Shown here: one piece after another, positions 1 through 9,193 of the stretch
Position numbering within the stretch: the first letter of the stretch is position 1
Layout of the letters: every line of letters starts with the position of its first letter
Assembly: GCA_036229005.1 (NCBI GenBank)
Contig: JAZAMN010000052.1
Location: 288,001-352,000 of the forward strand
Direction of reading: 5' to 3'
DNA from: Myxococcota bacterium
GTDB lineage: Bacteria > Myxococcota_A > UBA796 > CAJQPC01
Length of the DNA: 64,000 bases
Notes under the pieces: model-generated
The model's input: only the letters and a program-made list of their open reading frames with translations
Databases searched by the model: none
What the model was told of the DNA's origin: nothing
Translations under genes and position numbers: made by a program

Positions 1-460
1 CCAGCTCGCGCTGGTCGGGATCCACACCGGCGGCGTGCCCTTGGCGAACCGACTCGCGGACGCGCTGGAGGCCTTGGGCGCTCCCCGTCCGTTGCTCGGG
101 GAGACCGACATCACGCTCTACCGGGACGACCTCTACACCGGGCTGGAGAAGCCAAGCCTGGGCGTGACGCGCCTGCCCTTCTCCGTGGACGGGGCCCGAG
201 TGCTGCTCGTGGATGATGTCCTGTTCACGGGCCGAACCGTGCGCGCCGCCGTCGACCTGCTCATGGACTATGGGCGCCCCGCGTGGATCCGCTTGGCCGT
301 GCTCGTGGACCGCGGTCATCGGGAGCTGCCGATCGCCGCTGACATCGTCGGGATGCGCATCGAGACGGAACTTGCCGATCGGGTGACGGTTGCCTTCGCA
401 GAGACGGAGGGCCGTCCGGACGAGATAGCCATCCAGCGCCGCGCATCCCCCGGCGCCTGA
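1..460 (+). CDS. pyrR: Bifunctional pyr operon regulator / uracil phosphoribosyltransferase (5' truncated by window edge)
   Basis: Frame open from window start (QLALVGIHTGGVPLA); DITLYRDD, PRPP-binding VLLVDDVLFTGRT, DRGHRELPI motifs; precedes pyrB. Confidence 0.95.
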   Translation, partial: QLALVGIHTGGVPLANRLADALEALGAPRPLLGETDITLYRDDLYTGLEKPSLGVTRLPFSVDGARVLLVDDVLFTGRTVRAAVDLLMDYGRPAWIRLAVLVDRGHRELPIAADIVGMRIETELADRVTVAFAETEGRPDEIAIQRRASPGA

Positions 461-471
461 GCGGAGGATCA

Positions 472-1401
472 GTGAGACGCAAGGATTTGTTGGGCCTCAG
501 AGACGTGCCCAAGGAGGAGATCCTGGAGATCCTGGAGACGGCCTCTCGTTTCCGCGAGGTCTCCAAGCGCCGCATCAAGAAGGTGCCGACCCTTCGGGGG
601 CGCACCGTGGTCACCCTGTTCTTTGAGAACAGCACGCGGACCAAGGTGAGCTTCGATCTGGCGGCCAAGCGTCTGAGCGCGGATGGCGTCCACATCTCCG
701 CGGGGACCAGCTCGACCAAGAAGGGCGAGACCCTGATGGACACCGCCCGGAACATCGACGCGATGGCGCCGGATCTGGTGATCATGCGGCACAGCGCAGC
801 GGGGGCGCCGCACCTGCTCGCCCGGAGCTTTGACTTCTCGGTCATCAACGCGGGCGACGGGATCAACGAGCACCCCACTCAAGCCCTGCTGGACATGCTC
901 ACCATGCAGGACCACCTGGGGAGCCTGGAGGGCAAGACCATCGCCATTGTGGGCGACGTCTACCACTCGCGGGTCGCGCGCTCGAACATCTACGGCCTGC
1001 GGACCATGGGGGCCAGGGTCCTTCTGGCTGGCCCGGGCACCATGTGCAGGCCTGAGATGGAGCGCCCTGGTGTTGAGGTCCGACACCGCGTGGATGAGGT
1101 GCTGGAGGAGGCGGACGCGGTGATGATGCTCCGGATCCAGCGGGAGCGCCTGCCCCGGGCGATGCTGCCCACCAGCCGCGAGTATGCGCACCTGTACGGC
1201 CTCGACCAGAAGAAGCTCGCCCGCGCCAGCGAGCGGGTCCTGATCATGCACCCCGGCCCCATCAACCGGGGCGTGGAGCTCACGCCGGATGTCGCCGATG
1301 GCGAGCGCTCGGTGATCATGGAGCAGGTCACCAACGGCGTCGCTGTGCGCATGGCGCTGCTCTTCTTGCTGCTTGGAGGCGGCGATGACGCTGCTGCTTG
1401 A
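472..1401 (+). CDS. pyrB: Aspartate carbamoyltransferase catalytic subunit
   Basis: FFENSTRT, HPTQALLD, HSRVARS, HPGPINRG motifs. Confidence 0.97.
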   Translation: MRRKDLLGLRDVPKEEILEILETASRFREVSKRRIKKVPTLRGRTVVTLFFENSTRTKVSFDLAAKRLSADGVHISAGTSSTKKGETLMDTARNIDAMAPDLVIMRHSAAGAPHLLARSFDFSVINAGDGINEHPTQALLDMLTMQDHLGSLEGKTIAIVGDVYHSRVARSNIYGLRTMGARVLLAGPGTMCRPEMERPGVEVRHRVDEVLEEADAVMMLRIQRERLPRAMLPTSREYAHLYGLDQKKLARASERVLIMHPGPINRGVELTPDVADGERSVIMEQVTNGVAVRMALLFLLLGGGDDAAA

Positions 1402-2632
1402 GGGCGGACGCCTGGTCTGCACCGAGACCGGCCTGGACCGCCAGGGGGACCTCTGGGTCCAGGACGGCCGCATCTCCACGACCGCTCCTTCGCAGGAGGT
1501 GGACGAGGTGATCGACTGCCGCGGGCTGGTCGTCACCCCCGCGCTGGTCGATCTGGATACCCGCCTCAGCGACCCGGGCTTGACCTGGCGCGAGGACATG
1601 GGGACCGCCGGACAGGCCGCGATCCGGGGGGGATTCACCACCCTGCTGGCGAGTCCGGAGGCCGATCCCGTCACCGATGGGCCCGCGCTGGTCCGGGAGC
1701 TGCTCAGCCGCTCGGAGCGGGAGTGCCCGGTGCAGGTCCTCTCCGCCGCTGCGCTGACCTGCAAGCTGGAGGGCAAGGATCTCGCTGAGTTGGGCCTGAT
1801 GCTTGAGGCGGGCGCCGCCGTCCTCTCCAACGCGCAGCGCCTCGTGACCGACAGCCTCGTGCTCCGGAATGCGCTCCTCTATGCGCGCCCCTTCGACCGT
1901 CCCGTGCTGCTGCGGGCGGGGGACGCGGAGCTCGAATCCGTCGCCGTCATGCATGAAGGCGAGTACTCCGCGCTGGCTGGCCTCCGGGGGCTTCCCGCCG
2001 CCGCAGAGGAGCTCGGGATGGCGCGGCTCATCGCGCTGGCCCGCTACACCGGGACGCACATCCACGTCCTGGGGGTCAGCACCGCGCTGGCCGTCGAGCA
2101 GCTCCGTCGGGCCAAGGCCGAGGGCGTGAACATCTCCGGCTCCACCACCGCGCTGCACTGCCTTTTGGAGGACCGGGAGGTCCTGGAGTCCGGCTACGAC
2201 AGCAACACCCGCCTGAACCCTCCGCTGCGTTCCGCCTCCGACCGGGAGGCCGTCTGCCGGGGCCTGGTGGACGGGACCCTGTTGGGGGCAGCCTCTGCGC
2301 ACAGCCCCCTCACGCGGGTCGAGAAGGAGCTGGAGTACGCCTACGCCGAGCCGGGAGCGCTGGGCCTGGAGACCGCCCTCGGGGCGCTCCTGTCCGTGGT
2401 GGATCTCCGGGTGGCGCTCAGGGCGCTGTCTTCGGGGCCGGCGCGGCTCCTGGGTCTGCAGCGGGCGCTGGTCGATGGTGCGCCCGCCGAGCTCGTGGCC
2501 TTCGACCCCTCCGAGTCCTGGACGGTGGACCCCCAGCAGTCCCGGTCACGCTCCCGGAATGAGCCCCTCGCTGGCCGCTCTCTGCCCGGCAACATCCAGG
2601 TCGTCGTCCATCAAGGGCGGCGCGTCCTCTGA
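1385..2632 (+). CDS. pyrC': Dihydroorotase-like protein, probably the inactive PyrC' type
   Basis: Amidohydrolase fold motifs (GGFTT, NPPLRS, HSP); the metal-binding DLHVH motif reads DLDTR; overlaps the pyrB stop. Confidence 0.85.
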   Translation: MTLLLEGGRLVCTETGLDRQGDLWVQDGRISTTAPSQEVDEVIDCRGLVVTPALVDLDTRLSDPGLTWREDMGTAGQAAIRGGFTTLLASPEADPVTDGPALVRELLSRSERECPVQVLSAAALTCKLEGKDLAELGLMLEAGAAVLSNAQRLVTDSLVLRNALLYARPFDRPVLLRAGDAELESVAVMHEGEYSALAGLRGLPAAAEELGMARLIALARYTGTHIHVLGVSTALAVEQLRRAKAEGVNISGSTTALHCLLEDREVLESGYDSNTRLNPPLRSASDREAVCRGLVDGTLLGAASAHSPLTRVEKELEYAYAEPGALGLETALGALLSVVDLRVALRALSSGPARLLGLQRALVDGAPAELVAFDPSESWTVDPQQSRSRSRNEPLAGRSLPGNIQVVVHQGRRVL

Positions 2633-2804
2633 GCGGGTGCGCCAGCCGGCTGGCGTGATACCTTAGAGCGCTCGAACAGCGGCGCTCCAGCCGCCCTCGT
2701 CTTCAAGCGTCCTCTCGGCTGCCTCGCGGCCAAGCGGCCCCCACGGCGTCAGCCGGCTGGGATGGCCCGGGGCGTAAAACCCAAGATTCAAAGGTTCTTC
2801 TCGA

Positions 2805-3281
2805 ATGCAGCGCAGCCCAATCACCCCCGAAGGACACGCTCGCCTCTCCGCGGAGCTCAAGCACGCCAAGAGCGTCGAGCGGCCCGCCGTCGTCAAGCAG
2901 ATCGAGGAGGCCCGTGCCCACGGAGACCTGAGCGAGAACGCTGAGTACGACGCCGCCAAGGAGAAGCAGGGCATGCTCGAGGCCCGCATCAAGTGGCTGG
3001 AGCACCTGCTCGCCACGGCCGAGGTCATCGACATCCTGGAGATGCCCAAGAGCGAGCGCGTGATCTTCGGCACCACCGTGACCCTGGTGGACCTGGACAC
3101 CGAGGACGAGGTCGCGTACCGCATCGTCTCCGACTACGAGGCCGACGTGAAGGAGGGCAAGATCAGCTACTCCTCTCCCATCGGGCGAGCGGTCATCGGC
3201 AAGAGCGAGGGCGATGAGGTTCGCGTGGAGACCCCCAAGGGCGTGCGCAACCTGGAGATCGCTGAGGTCGAGTACAAGTAG
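2805..3281 (+). CDS. greA: Transcription elongation factor GreA
   Basis: ARAHGDLSENAEYDAAK and ISYSSPIGRA motifs. Confidence 0.97.
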   Translation: MQRSPITPEGHARLSAELKHAKSVERPAVVKQIEEARAHGDLSENAEYDAAKEKQGMLEARIKWLEHLLATAEVIDILEMPKSERVIFGTTVTLVDLDTEDEVAYRIVSDYEADVKEGKISYSSPIGRAVIGKSEGDEVRVETPKGVRNLEIAEVEYK

Positions 3282-3289
3282 GAGCCGCC

Positions 3290-5854
3290 ATGTCCGAGGC
3301 ACACCACGGCTCCGAGCTGGGGGTGTCGGTGGACGCTGCGGCCGAGGCGAGCGCCCAGAGCGCCGGTCTCCTGCAGCGCGCCGAACGCACCCTGACCCGG
3401 GCCCTCAGCGACGATGGCCTGAACCTCTGGCGCTACCGCTGGTTGGAGCGTTTGCTGCGTCCCATGCTGGCCCAGGTGCTGGCCGAGCAGCCCCTTCATC
3501 CCGGTTGGGTGCACGTGCGCGCCGCGGACCTGGCTCTGGTCGGGGTGGATGAGCTGCCCTGGTCCCAGCGAGCCGCCTGCGCCAAGGCCGCGCTGCTCTG
3601 CATCCAGGCGGCGCGGACCAGCGGGCCCGAGCAGGATGCGCCCAAGGAGAAGGGGGAGTGGATCGTCCTGCCCGAGCTCCCCGAGGCCCCACCTCCTGAG
3701 CCGGTGAACACCCCGGACACCCCGACACCCCAGCCCGCAGGCGAGGACACCGAGTCCGAGCCCGCACAGCCCCTGGGGGCACCGGGAGCCACCGGTAAGC
3801 CCGTGCTCAGCCTGGATGGCTGCAGCGATGACCTCGCCGAGCGCCTCGGTGAGCAGGGCATCGAGACCATCGCGGACCTGCTCTCCCTGATGCCGGAGGA
3901 GCACCAGATCCTCAGCCTCCACGAAGCGGACACCCCCCTTGAAGAGGGCCCGAGCGTCGCGCTGCGCGGCGTGATCAAGGCCACGGCCGTCCGCTACCTG
4001 GCCGGAACCCGGCGCGAGGAAGCCGCGCTGGACATCGGCGACCGCGTGGTCCGCTGCACCTGGATGGGGCCTCGGCCTCAAGCTGTTCAGGTCGGGGCGG
4101 AGCTCGTGCTCGCTGGGGAGCTGGAGTTGGTGGAGGACGGAGCAGTCCTCTTCGAGCCCATGGACTGGCGCCTCGGTCGCCGCGAAGACCTCCGCCGCCC
4201 CCTCTACGGACTGGACACGGTCGAGGACGTCGAGATCTGGAGCCTCCAGCGCGAGGCCCTGGATCGCTACGCAGGCAGCTTGCTGGATCCGCTCCCCGAG
4301 AACCTCGTCCGCGAGTTCCGGCTGCAGCCCCTGGAGCAGGCCCTGGAGGACCGGCATCGGCCCATCGGGACCCTCCGTAGCACCCAGATCCGCCCCGCGT
4401 TCGAAGAGCTGATGGTTCACCAGCTCTCGGCCGCCTCTCGCCAGAAGACCCGCCTCCGCGGCATCGCGCACGCCATCCAGCACGAGGCGCTCTCGCGCTA
4501 CCAGATCGAGAGTCGGCTGACCTTGGGCGATGCTCAGGAGCTGGCCTTTGACGAGATCCGGCGCGACCTGCGTCGCAGCACCGCGATGACCCGCTTGCTC
4601 CAGGGCGACGTCGGCTCGGGCAAGAGCCACATCGCGCTGATGGCAGCCTTGCTCGTGGCGGAGACGCGCGCTCAGGTGTGCTTCTTGGGGCCCAGCGACA
4701 TCGCCGCGGAGCACCGCTACCTCTTCGCGGAGCCCCTGCTGCGGGCCGCCGGGCTCGTTCCCCAGTTGGTCACCGGCCAGCCCTCCCTGGCGCAGGCCGA
4801 CGCGATCCGCCGGGGCGAGACCCACGCCATCTTCGCCACCCACGCCCTGCTGGAGGACTTCCCGGAGTTCAAGAAGCTGGGCCTCGTGATCGTCGAAGAG
4901 CGCGACCAGTTCGGTGTCTGCGACCGAGCAGTGCTCAGCCAGAAGGGCGTGAACCCGGATCTTCTGGTGGTCACCAGCGTGCCCATTCCGCTGAGCCTCA
5001 CCTTCACGCTCTTCTCCGATCACGACCTCAGCGTGCTCCGGGAGCCCCAGCCTCAGTACGTCCAGACCCGCGTCAGCGGCCCTGACCAGCGGGAGCGCGT
5101 CTACCAGCGTGTCCGCGAGGAGCTGGAGCTCGGCCGCCAGGCCTACGTTGTGTTCCCCACCAAGGGGGAGAAGGATCTGCTGGACCTGCACAGCGCACGT
5201 CAGCTCACCGAGGCGCTGGCCAAGGAGGCCTTCCCGGGCGCGCGGCTCGCGCTCTACCACGGCAACATGGGCCGCGAGGAGCGCTTCCGGGTGTTCGAGG
5301 ACTTCCAGCGCCGCCGCATCGACGTGCTGGTCTGCACCACCACCATTGAAGATGCCCCCGAGGTCGCGAACGCCACCGCCATGATGGTGGACCACGCGGA
5401 TCGCTACGGGCTCGTGCGCCTGCACAGACTCCGGGGCCACGTCGCCCAGGGGCGCAGCGCCGGCCACTGCGAGTTCGTGCTCACCGCCCAGCCCTCGACC
5501 GAAGGCAAGGCCGTGGTGGACCTCGTGGCCGCCGAGCAGGATGGCTTCGCGATCGCCGAGAAGGACCGGGAGGCCCGAGGCGATGCTGCGCTCCTGGCTG
5601 GCCGAGAGGACGCGCTCCCCGACTTCCGCTTCGCCGACCCCATCCGCGATCGCTCGCTGCTGCTCAAGGCCCGCCGGGCCGCGTTGGGGTTGTTGAACAC
5701 CGACCCGCAGCTTCGCCAGCGCAACCACCGGGGCCTGCTGCGGCTGCTTCGGGAGTACGACCTGGAGTTCGGCGGTTCACCCGTCAGTGACTCAAGCTCA
5801 GCGCGCGGCAAGCGCACCCGAGGCCGCCGTCGCCGCAGGCGCAGGAGGAAGTAG
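3290..5854 (+). CDS. RecG-like SF2 helicase homologue with degenerate catalytic motifs
   Basis: RLLQGDVGSGKS, ATHAL, QAYVVFP, GFAIAEKD and wedge-like region are collinear with RecG; motif II reads EERD and motif VI reads HRLRGHVAQG. Confidence 0.85.
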   Translation: MSEAHHGSELGVSVDAAAEASAQSAGLLQRAERTLTRALSDDGLNLWRYRWLERLLRPMLAQVLAEQPLHPGWVHVRAADLALVGVDELPWSQRAACAKAALLCIQAARTSGPEQDAPKEKGEWIVLPELPEAPPPEPVNTPDTPTPQPAGEDTESEPAQPLGAPGATGKPVLSLDGCSDDLAERLGEQGIETIADLLSLMPEEHQILSLHEADTPLEEGPSVALRGVIKATAVRYLAGTRREEAALDIGDRVVRCTWMGPRPQAVQVGAELVLAGELELVEDGAVLFEPMDWRLGRREDLRRPLYGLDTVEDVEIWSLQREALDRYAGSLLDPLPENLVREFRLQPLEQALEDRHRPIGTLRSTQIRPAFEELMVHQLSAASRQKTRLRGIAHAIQHEALSRYQIESRLTLGDAQELAFDEIRRDLRRSTAMTRLLQGDVGSGKSHIALMAALLVAETRAQVCFLGPSDIAAEHRYLFAEPLLRAAGLVPQLVTGQPSLAQADAIRRGETHAIFATHALLEDFPEFKKLGLVIVEERDQFGVCDRAVLSQKGVNPDLLVVTSVPIPLSLTFTLFSDHDLSVLREPQPQYVQTRVSGPDQRERVYQRVREELELGRQAYVVFPTKGEKDLLDLHSARQLTEALAKEAFPGARLALYHGNMGREERFRVFEDFQRRRIDVLVCTTTIEDAPEVANATAMMVDHADRYGLVRLHRLRGHVAQGRSAGHCEFVLTAQPSTEGKAVVDLVAAEQDGFAIAEKDREARGDAALLAGREDALPDFRFADPIRDRSLLLKARRAALGLLNTDPQLRQRNHRGLLRLLREYDLEFGGSPVSDSSSARGKRTRGRRRRRRRRK

Positions 5855-5871
5855 GCCCCCCGGGGCGGGCG

Positions 5872-7233
5872 TCAGGGGACCAAGCCCAGGCGCTCGGCCC
5901 AGTCCGTGGGCAGCTCCAGGGCCTGGAACTCCGAGAAGGAGGGGAAGGCCGGGTGGGTGTGGACCACCAGGGCCCACCCAAGCACCATCGCCGGGTAGAC
6001 CCACACGGGCGCCGGCTTCCTGGGTCCCAACGAGGACAGGCTGAGCAGGGCCAGGTAGCAGCCCTCGAAGAACACCTCGGGCGTCGCGAGGCGCCAGAGG
6101 CCCGGGAGCAGGCGCAGGCCCATGTAGACGGGGTTCCAGACCCCCTGGGGCTTGGGGCCCAGCGCCAGCAGGAACAGCAAGGCGGCGGTCAGGGAGAGGC
6201 CCTGAACCAGTGGCTTGTGGCGCTGTCGCCAGGCCACGCCCAGGCCCAGGCCGATCAGCGGGAGGTTCAAGGCCCGCCACACCTCCAGTCGGTTCCACTG
6301 GGGCGGCCAGAGGCTGAAGGTGTCGAGCATCGCGCGCTCGTACAGGTAGGCGTCGGGGTCGGCCAGCTTCCCCTCCACGCCGGAGAGCAGCGCGGCTTGG
6401 TAGGCGCCAAGGGGCAGTACGACGGCGGCCGAGCCGAGAACGGCGATGGCCAGGTCCCGGGTGCGGCCTCTGGGGATCCAGCTCCGGTCACGCGCCCACG
6501 CCGGAAGGAGCAGGGTCGCGGCGCCGATACCGCCCACCAGGGCCAGGTAGAGGTTGTCCAGAGCCATCAGGCCAAAGAGCAAGGGGGCGAGGGCGCGGTA
6601 GCGGCCGCCGTGCCGGTGGCTGCGGAGCAGGGACCACGCATAGAGCGCGAGCAGGGCGACCGAGGTCTTCTCGATGGTGTGCCAGTTCAGGTCGCGGAAC
6701 ACGTGGAGGCCCATGCCGAAGGGCATTGCGAAGGGGACCGCCGTGCGCCAGCTCCCGGAGAGCTCGCGGAGCAGGAGCGCTGCAGCGAACCAGCCCAGGG
6801 TGGGCCAGAGGATGGCCTGGGCGTTGATGGGCCCGTAGCCGTCCAGGAAGAGGTCAAACAGCGCCGTGACCCAGTGGTGGCCGGCGTGCACGCCGATCAG
6901 CCGCACCGCCGGGTCCTCGAGGGCCTGCATCGGGTGCAGGTACAGGGTCTCGTGCACGCCCAGGGCGTAGAACTGGATCTGCCCGGCCTTGTCCGGGGTG
7001 GGGAAGGCGCCGTACACGCCCCGCTCCAACACCGCCGCGAGGGGGGCGGTCAGGACGATGACCTGCCCCAGGATGAAGGCGAGTGCCCGGGCTGGCTGAG
7101 GGAGCCGCTGGACCCAGGCCAGGGCGCTGAGCGCAAGCCCGAGCACCACGCAGACCAGATACAGCGGCCAGGCCTCGGACAGTGGCAGCTCCAGGGGGAG
7201 CTGGCGCGGGTCGACGGGAGGTCCATACTGCAC
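5872..7233 (-). CDS. Polytopic membrane protein (possibly GT-C-fold glycosyltransferase-like)
   Basis: Many hydrophobic segments; start inferred at GTG 7233; the family assignment is weak. Confidence 0.55.
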   Translation of the reverse strand: MQYGPPVDPRQLPLELPLSEAWPLYLVCVVLGLALSALAWVQRLPQPARALAFILGQVIVLTAPLAAVLERGVYGAFPTPDKAGQIQFYALGVHETLYLHPMQALEDPAVRLIGVHAGHHWVTALFDLFLDGYGPINAQAILWPTLGWFAAALLLRELSGSWRTAVPFAMPFGMGLHVFRDLNWHTIEKTSVALLALYAWSLLRSHRHGGRYRALAPLLFGLMALDNLYLALVGGIGAATLLLPAWARDRSWIPRGRTRDLAIAVLGSAAVVLPLGAYQAALLSGVEGKLADPDAYLYERAMLDTFSLWPPQWNRLEVWRALNLPLIGLGLGVAWRQRHKPLVQGLSLTAALLFLLALGPKPQGVWNPVYMGLRLLPGLWRLATPEVFFEGCYLALLSLSSLGPRKPAPVWVYPAMVLGWALVVHTHPAFPSFSEFQALELPTDWAERLGLVP

Positions 7234-7244
7234 GGAGCCGCACC

Positions 7245-8309
7245 ATAGCCAAAAGCACGCCGAGCATCGACGCACAGGCCCTGTTGCAGTGGTACCAGCG
7301 GGCGGCGCGGCCGCTGCCCTGGCGCCTCTCGGAGCCCGACCCCTACAGCACCTGGCTGTCCGAGGTCATGGCGCAGCAGACGCGCGTGGACACCCTGATC
7401 CCCTACTGGGAGCGCTTCCTGGAGCGCTGGCCCCGGGTGGAGGATCTGGCCGCCGCCGAGCTGGACGAGGTGCTCGGGGAGTGGGCCGGGCTGGGCTACT
7501 ACAGCCGAGCTCGGAACCTCCACCGGGCGGCGCAGCGGGTCGCGGAGCTCGGGGCGTTCCCGAGCACGGCCAAGGCCCTCAAGGCCCTCCCGGGGGTGGG
7601 GGACTACACCGCGGCAGCGATCGCCTCGATCGCCTTCGGGGAGGACGTCGCGCTGGTGGACGGCAACGTGGAGCGCGTCCTGACGCGCTTTCACCGCTTT
7701 GAGGGGGACCCGCGCACTCCTGCCAACAAGCGGACCCTGTGGGGGCTCGCGCAGCGGGATCTCCTCGCGGGCAGCGCGGGCGACTACAACCAGGCGCTGA
7801 TGGAGCTCGGCGCGACCCTGTGCAGTCCGCGGGCTCCCCGGTGCCTGCTCTGCCCCCTGCGCGCGGACTGTGCGGGCCAGGACATCGCCGAGCGGCTGCC
7901 CAACAAGCCCAAGAAGAAGAAGGCACCCCAGGTGTTCGGGGCCTGCATCCTTGTGCGCCGCGAGGGCCGAGCGCTGCTGTGTCGCCGTCCAGATACCGGT
8001 CTCCTCGCTGGGCTCTGGGAGCTCCCGGGGGTGGAGCGGGCCGCAGAGGTCGAAGAGGTGGGGGCTCTGGTCTCGGGCCTCCAGGACCGCCTCGGCCTCC
8101 AGGTCCACCCGAAGCAGCGGCTGGGACAGGTGCGGCACGTGTTCACCCACCGGCGCCTGGAGCAGGGGGTCTGGGAAGGCGAGGTGGACCCGGGGCCCCT
8201 CAAGCTGCGGCATTACAGCGCGGCGCTGTGGGTCTCAGGCGAGGACATCGAGGCGTTGGCGCTCTCCACCCTGGCGCGGAAGTGCCTCAAGGTCGCTGGG
8301 CTGATCTGA
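7245..8309 (+). CDS. mutY: A/G-specific adenine glycosylase MutY (start uncertain: GTG 7182 or ATA 7245)
   Basis: WLSEVMAQQT, WAGLGYYSRARNL, HhH LPGVGDYTA, VDGNVERV, 4Fe-4S cysteines CSPRAPRCLLCPLRADC, C-terminal HVFTH. Confidence 0.95.
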   Translation: MAKSTPSIDAQALLQWYQRAARPLPWRLSEPDPYSTWLSEVMAQQTRVDTLIPYWERFLERWPRVEDLAAAELDEVLGEWAGLGYYSRARNLHRAAQRVAELGAFPSTAKALKALPGVGDYTAAAIASIAFGEDVALVDGNVERVLTRFHRFEGDPRTPANKRTLWGLAQRDLLAGSAGDYNQALMELGATLCSPRAPRCLLCPLRADCAGQDIAERLPNKPKKKKAPQVFGACILVRREGRALLCRRPDTGLLAGLWELPGVERAAEVEEVGALVSGLQDRLGLQVHPKQRLGQVRHVFTHRRLEQGVWEGEVDPGPLKLRHYSAALWVSGEDIEALALSTLARKCLKVAGLI

Positions 8310-8312
8310 GGC

Positions 8313-9032
8313 TCAGGTGAGCAGGTCCATCGGAGTCAGGCGCGCCTCCAGCCAGTCCTGGGCCATGGCCACACGCTCGGCGTCCGGGCCCTCGAGGGTC
8401 ACGATCACGTGGCGCGGTCCTTCGTCGAAGCGGGGGTAGGAGCCGATCGCCACCCCGGGGAAGTGCTCCAGGGCCTCCTCCAGGCGGCTGGCGATGTCCG
8501 TCTCGTACTCCGAGGTGACCACGCGGCCGGTGTGGAGGGGGATGCCGCGGAAGCGCTCGGCGACCGCCTCGAACTTGAGGCGCAGGATCGACGGCACGCC
8601 GGGGAAGATGTGGACCTTGTTCTTCACGACCAGCGGGAAGGTGAGGCCGCCGTCCCACCACAGCTCGGAGCCCTGGGGGACCCGGGCCATGCGCAGCGCG
8701 GCGGGGGTGAGCTCGCCCCGGATCTTCTCCCGCAGGATGCGCTCGAGATCGGGGTGGGAGATCAGGGGAACCCCGAACGCATGGGCGATGGCGTCCATGG
8801 TGATGTCGTCGTGGGTGGGCCCGACGCCGCCGGTGGTGAACACGTGGTCGCAGTGTGCGCTGGCCCAGCGGACCTGCTCGGCGATGTCCTCGCGCCGATC
8901 GGCCAGGACCGCGACGCGGCGCACGCCACAGCCAAGCTCCCGGAGGCGGCCGATGAGGTAGGGCGCGTTCTCGTCAGCGAACTTCCCGCTGAGGATCTCA
9001 TCGCCGATGATCAGAATCGCGGCTTGCTTCAT
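8313..9032 (-). CDS. CinA-N / molybdopterin-binding (MoCF_biosynth) domain protein
   Basis: IIGDEILSG, TTGGVGPTHDDIT, FPGVP, IGSYP motifs. Confidence 0.85.
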   Translation of the reverse strand: MKQAAILIIGDEILSGKFADENAPYLIGRLRELGCGVRRVAVLADRREDIAEQVRWASAHCDHVFTTGGVGPTHDDITMDAIAHAFGVPLISHPDLERILREKIRGELTPAALRMARVPQGSELWWDGGLTFPLVVKNKVHIFPGVPSILRLKFEAVAERFRGIPLHTGRVVTSEYETDIASRLEEALEHFPGVAIGSYPRFDEGPRHVIVTLEGPDAERVAMAQDWLEARLTPMDLLT

Positions 9033-9193
9033 GGATGCAGCGTAGCCCGGCGTCCATCGGCCGGTTGTTCTTTCCCTTGAGCGACAACTCCCGGCGTCCG
9101 ATCCCTTGCCCAAGGCGAAAGGAACGAGACCTGGCTTCCAAGTCCATGGATTTCCGTGGGCAAGGGCGCATCCAGGCGTCTATGATGAGAAAG

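Noticed and set aside
3167..5728. 853-aa minus-strand ORF and similar long antisense ORFs (9029-10741, 22460-24292, 32653-34965)
   Set aside because: They mirror well-supported genes; typical stop-poor antisense frames in GC-rich DNA
3290..5854. recG as a decayed pseudogene
   Set aside because: No frameshift or internal stop, good RBS and normal codon usage; kept as an intact divergent CDS
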